From assembly GCA_963718295.1 (NCBI GenBank), contig CAVQYV010000008.1, positions 79,098 through 143,097 on the forward strand: 64,000 nt of DNA, given 5' to 3'. The DNA comes from an uncultured Methylomirabilota bacterium (GTDB lineage Bacteria > Methylomirabilota > Methylomirabilia > CAVQYV01). Both the position numbers and the translations under genes were made by a program. This document shows, piece by piece, positions 60,180 to 64,000 of the stretch (the first letter of the stretch is position 1; the number at the start of each line of letters is the position of its first letter). The notes under the pieces were generated by a model. That model was not told the origin of the DNA. It did not search any database and saw only the letters and a list, made by a program, of their open reading frames with translations.

Positions 60180-63020
60180 ATGATCAAGATGCATGAGCCC
60201 GATTTAGCCCAAGAGATGAACCAGGCTACGATGAATTCCAGCACTCAAGGACCCCCTGGGCCAGGATTGAATCCAGCTGCCGGATCCTTGCCGGAGGGAG
60301 AGAACAACCGGGAACTGGAGGAAATCCTCCAGTCGGCAGCAATAGACGCGGAGGATGCTTCGGAGGAGGCTCGTCAAAGAGGCTATGTGGATATCTTCCG
60401 TTCCTTCTACCGCAAAGAACAGGAGGGAATTTTTCGACTTCATCGGCAAGGGGCGAGTGGCCGTCAGGTAATCGAGGCGCGATCGGACCTGATGGACTCC
60501 ATCATCCAACAGCTTTACCGGCTGGCCGCCCCGGCCTCTAAGGCCCCTGAAGAAAGAAGGAGAGGCAGATGCGCAATCCTCGCCCTGGGCGGCTACGGTC
60601 GTCGAGAGCTCCATCCTCACTCCGATATTGACATCATGTTCCTCTTTGTCAAGGAGCTTCACCCCCGCATCAATTCCCTGGTGGAAAGGGTGCTTTACAC
60701 TCTTTGGGATATGGGTTTGGCGATAGGACACAGTTGCCGATCCATTCCTGAGTGCATCCGGATGGCCAGGAGGGATATTACCATCAAAACCTCCCTCCTG
60801 GAGGCCCGCCACATCGCTGGGAGTCGCAGCATCTTCGAGCAATTTGAGGTGAAGCTGGCCAAAGAGGTGATTGGGGACAAAGTCTCCCGCTTCCTGCGGC
60901 AAAGGCTAACAGAGCTGGAAGCTCGCTACGAGAAATTCGGAAGGTCCATCTATGTGCAGGAGCCCAATATCAAGGAAAGCATGGGGGGGCTGAGGGATCT
61001 CCATGCTGCCCAATGGATGGCCCGGGCGCGGTTTGGAGCCTCCACTCTGGAAGAACTGGGGCAGCAGGGGGTCATTGATCCAGGGGACTTGGCCGAGTCG
61101 CAGAAGGCCCTCGATTTTATGTGGCGCCTACGCAGTGAGCTTCATTATCTTTATGGACAGAAGAACGACGTCTTATCTCTGGCGGTCCAAAGACAGGTCG
61201 CCGATCATATGGGTTACTTGGACGACAAGGGCGTTTTTGGGGTGGAGCGTCTCATGCGGGAGTACTATTTCCATGCAACGTTCTTGCATCGTCTCTCGGA
61301 GAAGATTATCTATCGATGCCTTCTCCAAACCTGGGGGGTGCGGGAGATCATGGAGAGATTCAAGGCACGGGAAATGGGAGATGGTTTGGTGGAGATGAAG
61401 GGGAAAATCGGGATATGGCCTAAAGATAGGGAAGAATTTGCCGGGAACCCCCTGAACCTGTTACGGGTCTTCCTGCGGGCCTTGCGCAATGGTTGTTCCC
61501 TGACCCAGGACATGCAGGATCTGATTCGCTCGCGCGCCGATTCCCTGGGCGAGGATTTCCGGTCGTCCCCCCAGGCCTTTGAGCTCTTCCTATCCATACT
61601 CAAAGAGGGGCCAGGCCTTGCCGGGGCCCTGCGAACGATGCACGAATGCGGCTTGTTAGGCGCCTATCTTCCGGAGTTCTCGCGCCTGACCTGCCTGGTC
61701 CAATACGACTTCTACCACAAATACACCGTGGATGAGCACACCTTCGTGGCCTTTGATCATTACGAGGAGCTGCTTCGTAATCCACCTTCTGAGTCCAATG
61801 AATTTTCCAACATTGCCCGGGAACTGGAGAGGCCTGAGATTTTCAAGCTGGCATTATTATTGCACGATATCGGAAAAGCCGAAGGGAAAGACCATGTGAG
61901 CAAGGGGAGCAGGATTGTAGCCTCTATGCTGTCCCGATTCCCCGCGCACGAGGAAGAGAAGGAACTCATGCTGTTTCTGGTCGCCCATCATCTCACGATG
62001 GCCCATATCGCAGAGCGGCGGGACCTTGATGACGAACGGGTCATCATCGAGTTTGCCAAGAAGATCAAGGACGTGCCTCACCTCAAGATGCTCTATCTGC
62101 ACACTTTTTTGGATATCAAGGCAGTGAGCACTGAGGCCTGGACGGAGTGGAAGGCAACCTTGCTCTGGCAGCTCTACATCAAGACCCACACCATTCTCAC
62201 TCGAGGGATCCCAGAGCAGAGGGAAGACTTGCTCAGGGCGGAGAAGATTCGAAACCAAGTTACGGAGAATCTAAGGGGGGAGATCAGTGAGGCCTTGATA
62301 ACAGATCAATTCGGCAAGATGCCGGTTCGGTATATCCTCAGCACCCCGGAGGCGAAGATCGCCTCTCATCTCCGCCTGGTGCAGCATCTTGGGGAGACCT
62401 CCTTGGCCACAAATATCCAGCACTTCCCCCCGATCGGCTATTCCGAATTCACGGTCTGCACGCCCTCCCATCCCGGCCTGTTTGCTAATATCGTGGGCGT
62501 CTTAAGTGCCCACCGGATCAACATCCTCTCTGCTCAGATCTATACCCGATCGGACGGCGTAGTCATAGATACCTTCCAGGTCAACAACGTGCAAGCGATG
62601 GCTGTCACCAATGATTCTTTATGGCAAAGGGTGGAAAGCGAACTGGGTTCAGTTCTGAAAGGGAGCATCCAGGTGGAGGACTTGATCTCCGCCAATCGGG
62701 GGGCATATGGGGATCGGTTGGGAAAGAAGGTCCTGTCCCTGCCCCCTCGGGTGGAATTCGACAACCATATCTCTGACTCTTATACCGTAATCGATGTTCG
62801 GGCTGCAGATCGGCTTGGGCTCCTTTATCTTATCTCCCAGACCCTTTCCTTTCTGGGGTTGGACATCGCCTATGCGAAGATTGCCACTGAGGTCGACCAG
62901 GCGATCGACGTTTTCTATGTGACGGAGAGGGAGGGAGAAAAGATCGTGGACGAGGGACGGCTGAGTTGGATCAAGAAAACCCTGGAAGAGGTGCTATCTC
63001 GGGAGACAGGAGGATCTTGA
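60180..63020 (+). CDS. glnD: [protein-PII] uridylyltransferase / uridylyl-removing enzyme
   Basis: 946 aa; nucleotidyltransferase region, HD domain (LLLHDIGKAEGKDH), two C-terminal ACT domains. Confidence 0.85.
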   Translation: MIKMHEPDLAQEMNQATMNSSTQGPPGPGLNPAAGSLPEGENNRELEEILQSAAIDAEDASEEARQRGYVDIFRSFYRKEQEGIFRLHRQGASGRQVIEARSDLMDSIIQQLYRLAAPASKAPEERRRGRCAILALGGYGRRELHPHSDIDIMFLFVKELHPRINSLVERVLYTLWDMGLAIGHSCRSIPECIRMARRDITIKTSLLEARHIAGSRSIFEQFEVKLAKEVIGDKVSRFLRQRLTELEARYEKFGRSIYVQEPNIKESMGGLRDLHAAQWMARARFGASTLEELGQQGVIDPGDLAESQKALDFMWRLRSELHYLYGQKNDVLSLAVQRQVADHMGYLDDKGVFGVERLMREYYFHATFLHRLSEKIIYRCLLQTWGVREIMERFKAREMGDGLVEMKGKIGIWPKDREEFAGNPLNLLRVFLRALRNGCSLTQDMQDLIRSRADSLGEDFRSSPQAFELFLSILKEGPGLAGALRTMHECGLLGAYLPEFSRLTCLVQYDFYHKYTVDEHTFVAFDHYEELLRNPPSESNEFSNIARELERPEIFKLALLLHDIGKAEGKDHVSKGSRIVASMLSRFPAHEEEKELMLFLVAHHLTMAHIAERRDLDDERVIIEFAKKIKDVPHLKMLYLHTFLDIKAVSTEAWTEWKATLLWQLYIKTHTILTRGIPEQREDLLRAEKIRNQVTENLRGEISEALITDQFGKMPVRYILSTPEAKIASHLRLVQHLGETSLATNIQHFPPIGYSEFTVCTPSHPGLFANIVGVLSAHRINILSAQIYTRSDGVVIDTFQVNNVQAMAVTNDSLWQRVESELGSVLKGSIQVEDLISANRGAYGDRLGKKVLSLPPRVEFDNHISDSYTVIDVRAADRLGLLYLISQTLSFLGLDIAYAKIATEVDQAIDVFYVTEREGEKIVDEGRLSWIKKTLEEVLSRETGGS

Positions 63021-63914
63021 TTGAGGATCAGGGGGAGCACCAAAGTCTGTTGGATCCTCGGGTATCCCCTGAAGCACAGCCTCTCTCCGCTCATGCATAA
63101 CGCTGCCTTCTCCGTCTTGGGGATGGATTATGTTTACGTGCCTTTCGAGGTAAGCCCGGGAGGTTTGGCTTCTGCCATAGAGGCTCTTCGCAAGATGGAG
63201 AACTTCGTCGGGGCAAATGTGACGGTCCCCCATAAGATTCAAGCCATGAAATACCTGGATGAATGGGATTTTGAGGCGGAACAGATTGGAGCGGTAAATA
63301 CGCTCTTCAAGAAGGAGGAGAGGCTGTGGGGGGGCAATACGGATGGTCGGGGATTCTTGGCCTCCCTGCAAGAGGAGGCAGATTTCGACCCCGAAGGAAA
63401 GCAAATCATGTTGCTGGGTGCCGGAGGGGCCGCCAGGGCCGTGGCGCAGACCCTGATTCAGGAAAAGGTGGATAGGATTTACCTGGTGAATCGCACGGTG
63501 GAAAAGGCACATCAGTTGGTCTCCCTCTGGGAAGAGATACCCGGTATCCAAGCCCTGGTGCCCATGGGCTTTTCCGATCCCCTTTTCCCAGGGCGTCTTC
63601 AGGAGAGCCATCTCCTGGTCAACTCTACCTCGGTGGGTCTCTCCGGTGAGGACCCCTTCCTGTTCGACTACCGACTCTTGCCCAAGGACCTTGTAGTGTG
63701 CGACCTCATCTACGATCCCAACCCAACCCCCCTTCTGAAGGCGGCCCAGGAGCGGGGATGCCCTACCTTGAGCGGGCTTGGCATGCTGGTCTATCAAGGG
63801 GCCCTCTCCTTCGAGATATGGACCGGCCGGCCCGCGCCGGTGAAGGAGATGAGGAGGGCAGTTGAGATGAAATGCGATAATTTGCTTGACAGGGCGGGGC
63901 GGGCAAACTTATAG
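63021..63914 (+). CDS. aroE: shikimate dehydrogenase
   Basis: TTG start right after glnD stop; NVTVPHK substrate motif; LLGAGGAARAV NADP motif. Confidence 0.8.
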   Translation: MRIRGSTKVCWILGYPLKHSLSPLMHNAAFSVLGMDYVYVPFEVSPGGLASAIEALRKMENFVGANVTVPHKIQAMKYLDEWDFEAEQIGAVNTLFKKEERLWGGNTDGRGFLASLQEEADFDPEGKQIMLLGAGGAARAVAQTLIQEKVDRIYLVNRTVEKAHQLVSLWEEIPGIQALVPMGFSDPLFPGRLQESHLLVNSTSVGLSGEDPFLFDYRLLPKDLVVCDLIYDPNPTPLLKAAQERGCPTLSGLGMLVYQGALSFEIWTGRPAPVKEMRRAVEMKCDNLLDRAGRANL

Positions 63915-64000
63915 TGAGAATTCAAACCAATTCACCCGCAATCCACTAATCTTTCTTGATGAATCCGATGAGAAGCAAATCTACCATACCAGTGGGAACT

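Overview
This 64 kb window reads as a high-GC bacterial chromosome fragment (GC judged by eye, not computed) with dense coding on both strands. All calls come from reading the six-frame ORF track and the DNA directly; no database search or HMM was run, so family names rest on recognised motifs. Backbone genes include two zinc alcohol dehydrogenases, a GntP permease, a C69 dipeptidase, a patatin-like lipase, CutA, an SDR, a cluster of two aryl-CoA (PaaK-like) ligases with an ACT protein and an MFS/Ldh_2 ORF, a cold-shock protein, QueG, two aminotransferases, a diguanylate cyclase, a carotenoid gene cluster, a split transketolase, GlnD and AroE. The most interesting locus (50.1-54.4 kb) is an AmmeMemoRadiSam-type trio in which the radical SAM enzyme carries a twin-arginine signal and the Memo/AMMECR1 components are fused behind a Sec-type signal peptide, with a c-type cytochrome and a DUF362 protein between them. 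The second is an accessory island (about 22.2-34.0 kb) holding tandem secreted C39-like peptidase genes, three defective copies of a REP/RAYT-like element, a low-GC OmpA-family gene, a decayed IS1634-like transposase and tandem secreted Kelch-repeat genes. Frameshifts are concentrated in that island, and I cannot tell real pseudogenes from consensus errors in a repeat-rich region. No tRNA, rRNA or CRISPR array was found.
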